A DNA stretch of 64,000 nucleotides from Candidatus Falkowbacteria bacterium (lineage in GTDB: Bacteria; Patescibacteriota; Patescibacteriia; UBA11705; JABHMO01): assembly GCA_018674305.1 (NCBI GenBank), contig JABHAL010000010.1:25708-89707 (forward strand), in the 5' to 3' direction. Position numbers and translations under genes: made by a program. Below the pieces are notes generated by a model. It worked only from the letters and a program-made list of their open reading frames with translations, made no database searches and had not been told where the DNA came from. This document shows, piece after piece, positions 18,844 to 27,972 of this stretch. The first letter of the stretch is position 1. Every line of letters begins with the position of its first letter.

Positions 18844-19965
18844 CTATTTTATTTCTCCAGTCAATAGACGATCGCGCCTTTTTTTCTTTGTATAAACATA
18901 GGCTAAAATTAGCATAAATACCACCACAACCAAAACAACTGCTGCCATAAAACTTAAACCTTTATCCTGAAAGGAATATGCAATTAGACCAAAAAGTATA
19001 GCAATTAAATACAAAAAATACACAGCCTGTTTAACACTTAGCCCGGCATCCAACAAACGATGATGCAGATGCTTACGGTCAGCAGAAAATAATGGCTTAT
19101 TTTCCATTCTCCGACGAATCAAAGTCCAAATGAAGTCCAGTACTGGAATTGAAAGTAACATTAAAGTTATTCCAACTTTACTACCACTAATTATAGACAA
19201 ACTACCTAATAAAAAACCGGCCATCGTACTACCACCCTCACCTAAAAATATATTAGCAGGATTAAAATTAAATACCAAAAATCCAGCAAACACCCCGGCT
19301 ATTATCACCGCCAGGAGAGCAACATCATATTGAATAATATCGCCCTTATTTAATGCGGTCAAAAATATAAAAACTGAAGCGATTATTGCTATACCAGAAA
19401 CTAAACCATCAAGACCATCCAAAAGTTTAGTTGTATACATCATAGCGATTAGCCAAGCAAAGGTAAACAAGTCCGCAAATAAAGTTACTTTGTACGGAAA
19501 TCCTTCATACCAAAATAAATTAAAACTGTATTTATTCAATTCAAAAAGTCCTTCACCAATCGGATTGGAAATAAATTCAATGCCAATACCGCAAATAATT
19601 ACACTTAAAATTGCGAATACCGGCCAAATGATTTGCCATTTTGGTTTCAGATCAAACTTATCATCAAGAATACCACCGACTGCCAAAAATAAACTACCAA
19701 TGAATATACCCAAAAGGTTTTTCAAAATTATAGTATCACCAATTAAATCCTTGGTGATGATTGAATAAATAAGTATTACTAAATTTATACTTAAAAAAAT
19801 AGCCAATCCACCGAATAGCGGGGTTGGTTTTTTGTGAATCTTTCTTTGACCATCTGGCCTATCAATTGCCTTGGACCTTTTAGCAATCCAAATAACAACT
19901 GGTGTCAAAATCAGACAAGCAAAAAAAGAAAGCATTAGAGCGAAAATGTAATCGTAGCTGTTCAT
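18844..19965 (-). CDS. MraY/WecA-like glycosyltransferase family 4
   Basis: RKIHKKPTPLFGG, GILDD, DGLDGL, FNFNPANIFLGEGG, DRKHLHHRL; start placed at MNSY because the upstream LVLLVL is a 9-mer repeat. Confidence 0.9.
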   Translation of the reverse strand: MNSYDYIFALMLSFFACLILTPVVIWIAKRSKAIDRPDGQRKIHKKPTPLFGGLAIFLSINLVILIYSIITKDLIGDTIILKNLLGIFIGSLFLAVGGILDDKFDLKPKWQIIWPVFAILSVIICGIGIEFISNPIGEGLFELNKYSFNLFWYEGFPYKVTLFADLFTFAWLIAMMYTTKLLDGLDGLVSGIAIIASVFIFLTALNKGDIIQYDVALLAVIIAGVFAGFLVFNFNPANIFLGEGGSTMAGFLLGSLSIISGSKVGITLMLLSIPVLDFIWTLIRRRMENKPLFSADRKHLHHRLLDAGLSVKQAVYFLYLIAILFGLIAYSFQDKGLSFMAAVVLVVVVFMLILAYVYTKKKRRDRLLTGEIK

Positions 19966-20075
19966 AAGTAAAACTAGCAAGAAGAGCAAGACAAGTAAAA
20001 CAAGTAAAACAAGTAAAACTAACAAGACAGTAACTTGTCTCGTTGGTCTCGCTTGTCTAGCTAGTCTTGCTAGTT
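19966..20075. repeat. Inverted degenerate 9-mer tandem repeats
   Basis: (ACAAGTAAA)n followed by complementary (CTTGTCTCG/CTAGTCTTG)n. Confidence 0.75.
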
Positions 20076-20175
20076 CAATTCTACACTATTTTACTATTTA
20101 TTTCAACCTTAAACTTGACAATTTTCAAAAACTATAATATACTACTACATTGCACTAAAAACAAGGAGGTGTGCA

Positions 20176-20442
20176 ATGTGGTTCTTGATTGTTTTCCTAC
20201 TTTCAATTAGTCCTCGGTTGATCATGTTCATCCTGTTCGTGGCAACGGACTACTTGGGCAGTGCCTTTGACAGTGTCTTTTGGCCAATCGTAGGTTTTCT
20301 TTTCATGCCCTGGACCACACTGTGGTGCGCTTACGTATGGAACAATGGCGAATTCGGCACATGGCGAATCATTGTTCTGGTACTCTGCGTATTAGCTGAT
20401 CTTGGTGGCGGCAAAACCGTAACCTCGGGCAGCTCTAGCTAA
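20176..20442 (+). CDS. Small membrane protein (orphan cassette)
   Basis: Hydrophobic 88 aa with GFLFMPWTTL; TTGACA-17-TATACT at 20115-20143; SD AAGGAGGT; terminator ~20449-20482. Confidence 0.8.
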   Translation: MWFLIVFLLSISPRLIMFILFVATDYLGSAFDSVFWPIVGFLFMPWTTLWCAYVWNNGEFGTWRIIVLVLCVLADLGGGKTVTSGSSS

Positions 20443-20521
20443 ATTAACAAAAAAGACTCATGCTTCACTTGCATGGGTCTTTTACTTTTAAAATATAGTA
20501 TTAAGGAATATAACAATTTAC

Positions 20522-23278
20522 CTAAATTTCCTTGCCCTTCTCAACTCGAAGAGTATTTCCAACTTCAAGGATAACTTTATCGCGTCGACCAACTTCGCCA
20601 GCTAAAATCTTTTTAGCCAATGAATCATCAATCTTTTCTTGAATTGCTCTACGCAGTGGTCGCGCGCCAAACTTCGGATCAAAACCTGCTTCAGCCAATT
20701 CAGCAATAGCTGCTTCAGTAGCAGTAAATTCAATGCCCTTTTCTTTTAATCTTTTAGTTATTTTATTCACCATCAACTTAGCAATCTGAATAACATCCAT
20801 CATTGATAGCGGTTTAAACACAACAACACCATCAAACCGATTTAGAAACTCTGGTCGATAATGTTCTTTTAATTTTTCATTGATTAAGACTTCTTTAATC
20901 TCTTCAACCGATGTGCCTTTATTTATTTCATCCTGAATATATTGAGCCCCTGCATTAGAGGTCATTATTATAATTGTATTAGTAAAGTCAATTGTACGCC
21001 CCTGAGCATCAGTCAATCTTCCATCATCCAAAACTTGCAAAAACAAATTTAAAACATCTGGATGTGCTTTTTCAACTTCATCAAACAAAAGTAAGGCAAA
21101 CGGATTTTTGCGAACTGCCTCAGTTAAAATACCAGTGTTAGAACCAGAACCTATTAAACGATCAATACTGGACCGCTCCTGATACTCAGACATGTCAGTA
21201 CGAATCATAGCATTTTCATTACTAAAATAAACCTCGGCAACGGTTTTGGCTAACTCGGTTTTACCCACACCAGTTGGACCAAGAAACAACATACTGGCAA
21301 TTGGGCGCTTTCCTTCCCGAAGCTCAGCTCTCGCGCGCCGCAAACTGGTAGCGACAATATTTACCGCCTCTACCTGATCGATCATGCGTTCATGAATTCT
21401 ATCCTCCAGATTTAATAATTTTTCACTTTCTTTTTGAGTAACTTGGGTTAATGGAATGCTGGTTAAATTTGAAATAACCGCTGCTACATCCTCACCACCC
21501 ACAACCTTATTTTCCCCTCGTTCTTTTTTTACCTTTATAGCAGACTGTTCTAGTATTTCAATTGCCTTTTCAGGTAAATAACGATCATGAATGTACCTAG
21601 AAGATAAAATTGCAGCTTTCTCAATCGCAGAATAGGAAAAATAAACATGGTTCTGATATTCCATTGGTCCACTTTTGGCTTCCAAAACTTGAATAGCATC
21701 ATTAAGTTCAAGTTCTTCAACTTTTACCGTCTGAAAGGCTGAATCCAAGCTCTTGTTTTCAACTGCTCCAAGATAACCATCTCCAGTAGTAGTGGCTACT
21801 ACATGAAACAAATGCTTAGAAAGTAATTGAGCGAATACTTCAGACAAATCTAAACTCTGTTCACCGCCAGCTGTAATGCCATGTAAATTATGCAAATTCT
21901 CCACTGCTAAAACGATATTTCTGGCTCTCATTGCCTCATTGATAATCAACATCAAGCGCTGTTCCGCTGCAGCCGCATCAGCACCAGCCAGTAAACTTGA
22001 AATATTTAAACTAACTAAACGTTTATCTTGCAAAATTTCGGGTACATCCTCAGCTACCATTTTTTGGGCCAATCCTTGCAAAATTGTAGTTCGCCCAACA
22101 CCTTGATTTCCAACCAACAATACGCCTTGTCGACTACCCTCAATAATACGAAACATTTGCTCAAACTCTTTTTCACGACCAATACAAGGGAAAAACTGTC
22201 CGTATTTAGCCTGTAAAGTTAAATCTTCACTAAATCTATCTAACATTGGTGTAGCGATCGCAGTCATGGCCCTATCCATACCTGACTTAGGTTTATAACG
22301 AGCTTTGCCTTGATATCTTTGCCAATTTTTTCTTAACTGATCCTGAATACGAACCCAGGCTACTACATTCTTCACTTGTTGATAATTCAATCCAAAATCA
22401 ATTAACAATTCTTCGACATCATCCTTTTCCACCTCGGTTTTTTCTGGTGAAGCTAAAGCCAACACAATTTCCGCTAAATCAACTTTTGGCCAATGTCCTT
22501 CATACGCTTCTAAATAAGCAACAATAAGCAAACGATGCATTTCCTCAGACAAAATCGGATTACCCGGTCTTGCAATAATATGTTTAGATAAATATCTACT
22601 TATTTTCTTTTTTAATTTATCAAATGAAACTCCCAATCGTCCCAAAATAATCGCCGACTTGTTGAACTGGAACAAAACACCCAATAAATGAACGCGCAAT
22701 ATTTCATGATGTTCAAAGTGCCCAGCCAATTCCCAACTCGCCTGAAGAGCTTTCTTGGATTCAACTGTAAAAGACTTGGAAATATCAACCAACTTACTCT
22801 TTTTTAATTTCCAGACTTCTTGCCAATCCAAAGAAGGATTAGGAAATTCACTCTTTTTATGAAAATGTTTAGCTAACACATTATATTTAGCTGAACTTTC
22901 CTGATCTAATCGATAATATAAATATAGATCTACTAATAAAGTCAACCAAAAATACATTTTTTCAAAACTTGGAGTTGACCAATATTTCAAAGTAAAAAAT
23001 GAACTAAAGTTATCAAGATAACCAATATAAGCCATAACTATAAATCCAGAAATACCAAAAAGCGCTAATACAGCATTAATAATCAAACGTACTTTGCGAA
23101 TTCCTTTTTCGTAAGCATTATTTACAGGATCATAAAACTGTCCCCAATATAAAACTTTGTCTTCAAGAAAATAGACTACGCCAAGCCCACGACAGGTATT
23201 ACATAACAGCCCATCAGTATATCCGGCTCCATCGCACTCTTGGCAAACTAAAAAATTGTTATCTAATTTCTCACTCAT
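20522..23278 (-). CDS. Membrane-anchored Clp/Hsp100 AAA+ ATPase
   Basis: N-terminal CxxCxGxG...CxxCxG, two TM helices, NBD1 (GNQGVGRT), NBD2 (GPTGVGKT, LFDEVEKAH, RPEFLNR, GARPLRR). Confidence 0.9.
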   Translation of the reverse strand: MSEKLDNNFLVCQECDGAGYTDGLLCNTCRGLGVVYFLEDKVLYWGQFYDPVNNAYEKGIRKVRLIINAVLALFGISGFIVMAYIGYLDNFSSFFTLKYWSTPSFEKMYFWLTLLVDLYLYYRLDQESSAKYNVLAKHFHKKSEFPNPSLDWQEVWKLKKSKLVDISKSFTVESKKALQASWELAGHFEHHEILRVHLLGVLFQFNKSAIILGRLGVSFDKLKKKISRYLSKHIIARPGNPILSEEMHRLLIVAYLEAYEGHWPKVDLAEIVLALASPEKTEVEKDDVEELLIDFGLNYQQVKNVVAWVRIQDQLRKNWQRYQGKARYKPKSGMDRAMTAIATPMLDRFSEDLTLQAKYGQFFPCIGREKEFEQMFRIIEGSRQGVLLVGNQGVGRTTILQGLAQKMVAEDVPEILQDKRLVSLNISSLLAGADAAAAEQRLMLIINEAMRARNIVLAVENLHNLHGITAGGEQSLDLSEVFAQLLSKHLFHVVATTTGDGYLGAVENKSLDSAFQTVKVEELELNDAIQVLEAKSGPMEYQNHVYFSYSAIEKAAILSSRYIHDRYLPEKAIEILEQSAIKVKKERGENKVVGGEDVAAVISNLTSIPLTQVTQKESEKLLNLEDRIHERMIDQVEAVNIVATSLRRARAELREGKRPIASMLFLGPTGVGKTELAKTVAEVYFSNENAMIRTDMSEYQERSSIDRLIGSGSNTGILTEAVRKNPFALLLFDEVEKAHPDVLNLFLQVLDDGRLTDAQGRTIDFTNTIIIMTSNAGAQYIQDEINKGTSVEEIKEVLINEKLKEHYRPEFLNRFDGVVVFKPLSMMDVIQIAKLMVNKITKRLKEKGIEFTATEAAIAELAEAGFDPKFGARPLRRAIQEKIDDSLAKKILAGEVGRRDKVILEVGNTLRVEKGKEI

Positions 23279-23691
23279 ATAAGTTTTCCAAACACATTAA
23301 GGTTGTACAAAATCATGATAACTAAAAAAATTGGCAAGACCAGCCAAAATATAAAAATAATTAAACTAAATATTAACCAGAATATTAGAGCAAAAGTTCT
23401 AAATATTATATTGAACAAACGCATGAAAAAACTAATGATTCTGCTCTGCCAATCATGTTGCCCAAACATAGGCACGAAAATATTTTTCAGCCAAAGTGTT
23501 ACACCTAATTCAGAGTTACCCTGAGAAATAAAACCCGTCATGCGTTTAAAGGCCTTAATCAGGCCAGCTGAATACCACCAGATAGGCCAATACAAAAAAT
23601 CTAAAACTATATCCTTTACAATAAATTTAAAAGATTTGAGTAAAATGTTTTCCTTCACCATACTTTTTATTTTTGATCTTTGTTTACTCAA
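23275..23691 (-). CDS. Conserved membrane protein overlapping the Clp ATPase start
   Basis: YWPIWWY, KNIFVPMFGQ.DWQSRIISFFMR; 4-bp overlap with the ATPase gene. Confidence 0.75.
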   Translation of the reverse strand: MSKQRSKIKSMVKENILLKSFKFIVKDIVLDFLYWPIWWYSAGLIKAFKRMTGFISQGNSELGVTLWLKNIFVPMFGQHDWQSRIISFFMRLFNIIFRTFALIFWLIFSLIIFIFWLVLPIFLVIMILYNLNVFGKLI

Positions 23692-23921
23692 ATATTATAC
23701 CATAAACTGCAATTAACACACAATAAGTAATGCACACACCCTCATATAAACTATTACTAAAGCTCAATCATCCCACCCTCCCTCCCCACTGGAGGCGCCT
23801 GCGGCGGGCCTGGTTCGTCGTCACTATGTTGTTCCTCCTCACCTTTTTCTTCACAGTAATCTAAAGTCTTGTGATCTTGTACACATTGGCCATTAGGCCA
23901 ACAGATCTGTATATCATGTAA

Positions 23922-23960
23922 CAAAAAAAGAGGACTAATTCGCATTGCGAATTAGTCCCT
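23922..23960 (-). terminator. Intrinsic terminator of the large RNA
   Basis: 12-bp stem GGACTAATTCGC/GCGAATTAGTCC followed on the minus strand by TCTTTTTTT. Confidence 0.85.
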
Positions 23961-25113
23961 TTACCATCGTTGAACATTGACTTGTGGGCCAACATCCTCG
24001 TACATTAAAGTTTGATTTTACCATTACAGTTTGTCTTTGAGACACGGTTTGTTCATTTGTGAAGTGCTAGTTTTGAAGCTTGGCTTAACCAATTCTTGAT
24101 TTTTGTTTTGTTCTGACCGAGGTCAGTTTCCAACTATTACAAGTTTGGCGACTTACCGTCCCGAAGGATGGCTAAAGATAGTTTATCACTCTATGATTGC
24201 TCATTGAGTTTCCGCTATCAAGTCTTACTTTTGCTTTTTCTTCTAGTTCTTCTGAACATTCCTTGTGTTCTGTTGTCTTGTCAACACTAGGCTGACATCG
24301 CGTGAAGGTTAATTGTCTGACCGAAGTCAGTGAGGAACATTTCGCTAGCCGAAGCTTTTGATTTGTTCTTACTTTTAACTTTCCAGAATACTTTGCTCTT
24401 TGGACATTAGCTGTTTCGTTTACTTGCTGGATTTTTGTTTTCTTCCTTTCGGAGGATCACTTTGTCCACTGGGGTAAACTACTAGTTCGTTTTCTCTGTC
24501 GTTCTGTAGTCTTGCTAAAGCAGTTTTACCAAGGAGTTTTTCGTTTTTACACAAAATACTTCTTGATTTTTTTGCTTTGATGCAAGTTGCTTGCGTTGAA
24601 GATTGGCTCTTGATCTAGTCTTGGCTAGCTTTTTTCTTCTGTTACCGAAGTAACGTCAGAATCCGGTTAACTTTGATTTTGATCCGTCATAGCTTATCTT
24701 CTGCATGCCCACTGATCGATTTTGATTGCGAATTAGCGACGTTTAACTTACTTGCCTCGAAAGGTTTTCTGTCTTTGTCTACTGCTAATTTACTGTTTAG
24801 CTCCATTTATAATAGTAGTCGTTGGTTTTTCCGAAGAAAATCCTGACTGCTAAATAGAGGCCAAATCTGTCATTGCCTTTTCTGAGTGGGTTGGTTACCA
24901 CTACAGTAAAAGCTCGAGATCTGTGGTGCATGTTAGTGTCAAGGCGCTTTTCACGGCTGTGCCCTTAAGTCAGTTGTCCAAGTTAATTTGGAGTATTGCT
25001 ACTCTTTGGTTAACTTTTTCTCCTGTCTCAGGACTCCACCTCAGAACTTGCATTCTTTGGTTTCCCTTGTCTTTACTTGCTCAATTACTTGTAATGAACT
25101 TTGTTGATGGTAA
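23922..25113 (-). ncRNA. Candidate giant (~1.19 kb) structured non-coding RNA
   Basis: No minus-strand ORF >=60 aa within it; consensus promoter, terminator, complementary ends, seven UNCG-type and several GNRA hairpins. Confidence 0.75.
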
Positions 25114-25118
25114 TTCAC

Positions 25119-25146
25119 ATTATACTCGTATATCAAAACCTGTCAA
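25119..25146 (-). promoter_or_regulatory. Consensus sigma70 promoter of the large RNA
   Basis: TTGACA-16nt-TATAAT; perfect DnaA box TTATCCACA just upstream at 25156-25164. Confidence 0.8.
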
Positions 25147-25304
25147 GTGCCTAACTGTGGATAACTTTTAACTCTATTTTTTGTTTAATTTTAGAGGAAA
25201 ACTTTACCCCATTGACAAAATTATATATTATTGTTAATCTTTTATATCTGCTATAAATTTATAATAGCAAGTGTTTATTAACAATTGACCACTAGAAGGA
25301 GGGA

Positions 25305-25997
25305 ATGATGGAAGCTACGCTAATTGGTGTTTTTGTTTTAAGTGTACTTATCTTCTTGTATTGGACATGGACACTTATGTTTGTACGGAACATAGACACT
25401 GAAGCCTTTATGGCCCAGATTCAAAAACTGATCATGGCCAACAACCTTGACCGAGCAATTAAACTTTGTAATGCTGCCCCAAATGCAGTCATGACTCAGC
25501 TGACTAAAAGCGTTTTGATTTGCGCTAATCAACCACACAGATTATATCTAGCCTATCTACAGACGACTTTCAAGCTGAATCACGAGGCGAAAAACCTAAA
25601 AAAATCTCCAACCCGAATCACAATTATTATTCTCATTTATGGGCTACTAGTAATGGGTTTCGTTGTGCAACCTCTAGGCTGGACGTTGGGTGCGGTTCTA
25701 GGCATCATTGCTTTTGTTTTGCTATCGCTGACCTCTGCGTTCATTTCCGCTCGTCTTGTCAAAACCAAAAAGGACAAGTTATACCTATTCAGGCTGATGG
25801 ACCTCTTGCAATATCGAATGGCTAATTACAACACGGATGAATCCAACGAAGGCCTAACTTTTATGCAAGCCAGGCCACTAACTGAAGACGAACTAGCCAG
25901 GCGCATGTCAACTGGGGCGCCTCCCCCGAAGGTTAGACCTTCGCCAGTGGACGAACTCAAATCAAAATTGCAATCCGAACTATTACCCAAGCTTTAG
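25305..25997 (+). CDS. Membrane protein with MotA/TolQ/ExbB-like N-terminal segment
   Basis: TM then FMAQIQKLIMANNLDRAIKLCNAAP; TTGACA-17-TAATCT at 25212-25240; SD AAGGAGG. Confidence 0.65.
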   Translation: MMEATLIGVFVLSVLIFLYWTWTLMFVRNIDTEAFMAQIQKLIMANNLDRAIKLCNAAPNAVMTQLTKSVLICANQPHRLYLAYLQTTFKLNHEAKNLKKSPTRITIIILIYGLLVMGFVVQPLGWTLGAVLGIIAFVLLSLTSAFISARLVKTKKDKLYLFRLMDLLQYRMANYNTDESNEGLTFMQARPLTEDELARRMSTGAPPPKVRPSPVDELKSKLQSELLPKL

Positions 25998-26009
25998 GGA
26001 GGACGAATA

Positions 26010-26708
26010 ATGCTATTTGTGATTGGTATAATACTCTGTGTATTTGCAGGTTTAACGATCCTTGGTTCCATAATCGAAATAATGAAAGAAAGTATCGCTA
26101 TTACTGCCTTCATGCATCAGGTAAAAAAGCTGGTTCTGAGCAATAATATTGATCGAGCAATTAAGTTGTGTAACTGCGCGCCCCATTCAACGTTAGCCGT
26201 TGCAGCTAAAAAGCTGTTAACTAGAGCTAACAAGAACAGTGCGCTGTACCAAACATTTTTACAAGCCAAAATGGAACTTGAGATAGAAAGTTGGTCAAAC
26301 AAGTCTGCTACCAAATGGGCTTTGTGGAACCTAACACTTGCAATTGGATTTTTCACTGCTGGCTCTATGTACAACATGTTATTCGAGGGAGCGCTTTTGT
26401 GCGGTATTGCCTATACCAGTTTCTCACTAGCACAGTTTGTGTCCTCATTCAGACACAAACTGCTTTGCAAAGAGATTCCAGCCCTAGAGGACTTACTCCA
26501 AACACTAATGGAGCGCTTAGGGGTAACTGCCCCTGACTTTGCTCTATTAGATAATCCATCTCAGGAACTGCTAGCTAAACAAGAAAAGCTAATGGAAGCC
26601 TTTGAGCGGAGTTACACCAAAGACAAAGATGCTGGTCGAGAAACTCGACCGGTAGAAGCTGTTTTCCTCGAGAAGATAGATCTACGAACCGGTCTTTTCC
26701 CTGCTTAG
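26010..26708 (+). CDS. Paralogous MotA/TolQ/ExbB-like membrane protein
   Basis: FMHQVKKLVLSNNIDRAIKLCNCAP...LLTRAN; SD GGAGG; terminator 26715-26748. Confidence 0.65.
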   Translation: MLFVIGIILCVFAGLTILGSIIEIMKESIAITAFMHQVKKLVLSNNIDRAIKLCNCAPHSTLAVAAKKLLTRANKNSALYQTFLQAKMELEIESWSNKSATKWALWNLTLAIGFFTAGSMYNMLFEGALLCGIAYTSFSLAQFVSSFRHKLLCKEIPALEDLLQTLMERLGVTAPDFALLDNPSQELLAKQEKLMEAFERSYTKDKDAGRETRPVEAVFLEKIDLRTGLFPA

Positions 26709-26770
26709 ACAACCAAAAAGTCGATTGTTCACAACAATCGACTTTTTTATTATTCAATACTAAATGTCTA

Positions 26771-27385
26771 CTAAAGGTATTCTTTTAATACTTCTAAAAA
26801 ATTATCAAAATCAATTGCCCTATTTTTAAAATCTAAATCGTCATAATTAATAATAATCACTTGCGCCAACTTGAAATTGCCAGCCCAGTTGTCATACAGA
26901 TCATTTAAATCTTTAATATATTTACGGTCAATGGTTTTCTCAAAATCCCGCCCGCGCTTTTCAATTCTCTGCATTATTCTATCCACAGAAGCTCGCAGAT
27001 AAATAACCAAGTCAGGTGCGGGTAAAATTTTCGTGCAAACTTTATAGATCTGACGATACGATTTCCAGTCTCGTTTGGAAATATGTTTTCTATTATATAA
27101 ATGCCGGGCAAACACTTCTGCATTTTCATAAATACTACGATCTTGAATTACTGAATGTTTATCCACAGTTAAATCATAATGATCCTGCAATCTCTTGCCC
27201 AAGAAAAACATTTGCGAATGGTATGCCCACTTTTTCATGTCTTTGTAAAAATCTTCCAGGTACGGATTTTCGGTTACCGGTTCTATATATGGCTTCAACT
27301 TAAAATGACCAGCTAACTTTTTAGTTAGAGTTGATTTTCCAATTCCAATGTTGCCTGAGATGGCGATGAATTTCTTATTCTTCAT
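26771..27385 (-). CDS. Deoxynucleoside kinase
   Basis: ISGNIGIGKST, NPYLEDFY, QDRSIYE, RIEKRGR. Confidence 0.92.
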   Translation of the reverse strand: MKNKKFIAISGNIGIGKSTLTKKLAGHFKLKPYIEPVTENPYLEDFYKDMKKWAYHSQMFFLGKRLQDHYDLTVDKHSVIQDRSIYENAEVFARHLYNRKHISKRDWKSYRQIYKVCTKILPAPDLVIYLRASVDRIMQRIEKRGRDFEKTIDRKYIKDLNDLYDNWAGNFKLAQVIIINYDDLDFKNRAIDFDNFLEVLKEYL

Positions 27386-27426
27386 ACAGATTACAGATTT
27401 GTACGGGTGTACGGATTAATTAGGAT

Positions 27427-27801
27427 TTAATTAATATTAACTACTCTTCTAAATTTTACTCCTTCAGGTGAAAACAAGATTAACAAACCAACCTCTAATT
27501 TCAATAGTTTTAAGTATTCATTTATTTGATCAAAGTCTTTTCTAATAAATCTTTTACCCACTTTCAACTCAATCAATATTAAATCAAAAAATAATATATC
27601 CAAACGACTATTACCAATTTTTTCACCTTTATATTTAACTGGCAAATTAATTTGAGAACTTACTGGAATATTTTTACTTTCAGAATCCTTTATTATTGCT
27701 CTTTCATAATATTTTTCTCTGTATCCAGATCCTAATTCATTATAAACATCAAACATTATTCCAATTATAATTTCTGTTTTGTCTTTATGAAGGAGTTCCA
27801 T
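27427..27801 (-). CDS. GxxExxY protein (PD-(D/E)xK-like)
   Basis: VYNELGSGYREKYYE, RLDIL, IELK, Q..EYL; flanked by inverted TACGGAT/ATCCGTAC repeats. Confidence 0.85.
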   Translation of the reverse strand: MELLHKDKTEIIIGIMFDVYNELGSGYREKYYERAIIKDSESKNIPVSSQINLPVKYKGEKIGNSRLDILFFDLILIELKVGKRFIRKDFDQINEYLKLLKLEVGLLILFSPEGVKFRRVVNIN

Positions 27802-27972
27802 ATATGTCTATTCTATCAAATTTTTCAAGATCCGTACATCCCAACTACCGCGAACAGGCGCACAAATCCGTTAACTGTTTTTGTGAATCCGTACATCCGT
27901 ACAAATCTAAAATCCGTACCTATATAAAAAAACAGAGCCTGGTTAGAGAACCAAGGCTCTGTTGTGTTATTA

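Noticed and set aside
19966-20025. MLVLLVLLVLL extension of the MraY-like protein
   Set aside because: Artefact of in-frame 9-mer repeats
23922-25113. rRNA, tmRNA, RNase P, or group I/II intron identity for the large RNA
   Set aside because: No universal rRNA motifs, tRNA-like ends, GAGGAAAGUCC or domain V seen; CAACGACUA resembles a group I P7 strand but no convincing partner or interrupted host gene was found. An Rfam search is still needed
24923-25171. 82-aa plus-strand ORF
   Set aside because: Antisense to the A-rich RNA and crosses its promoter; hydrophobicity follows from the T-rich strand
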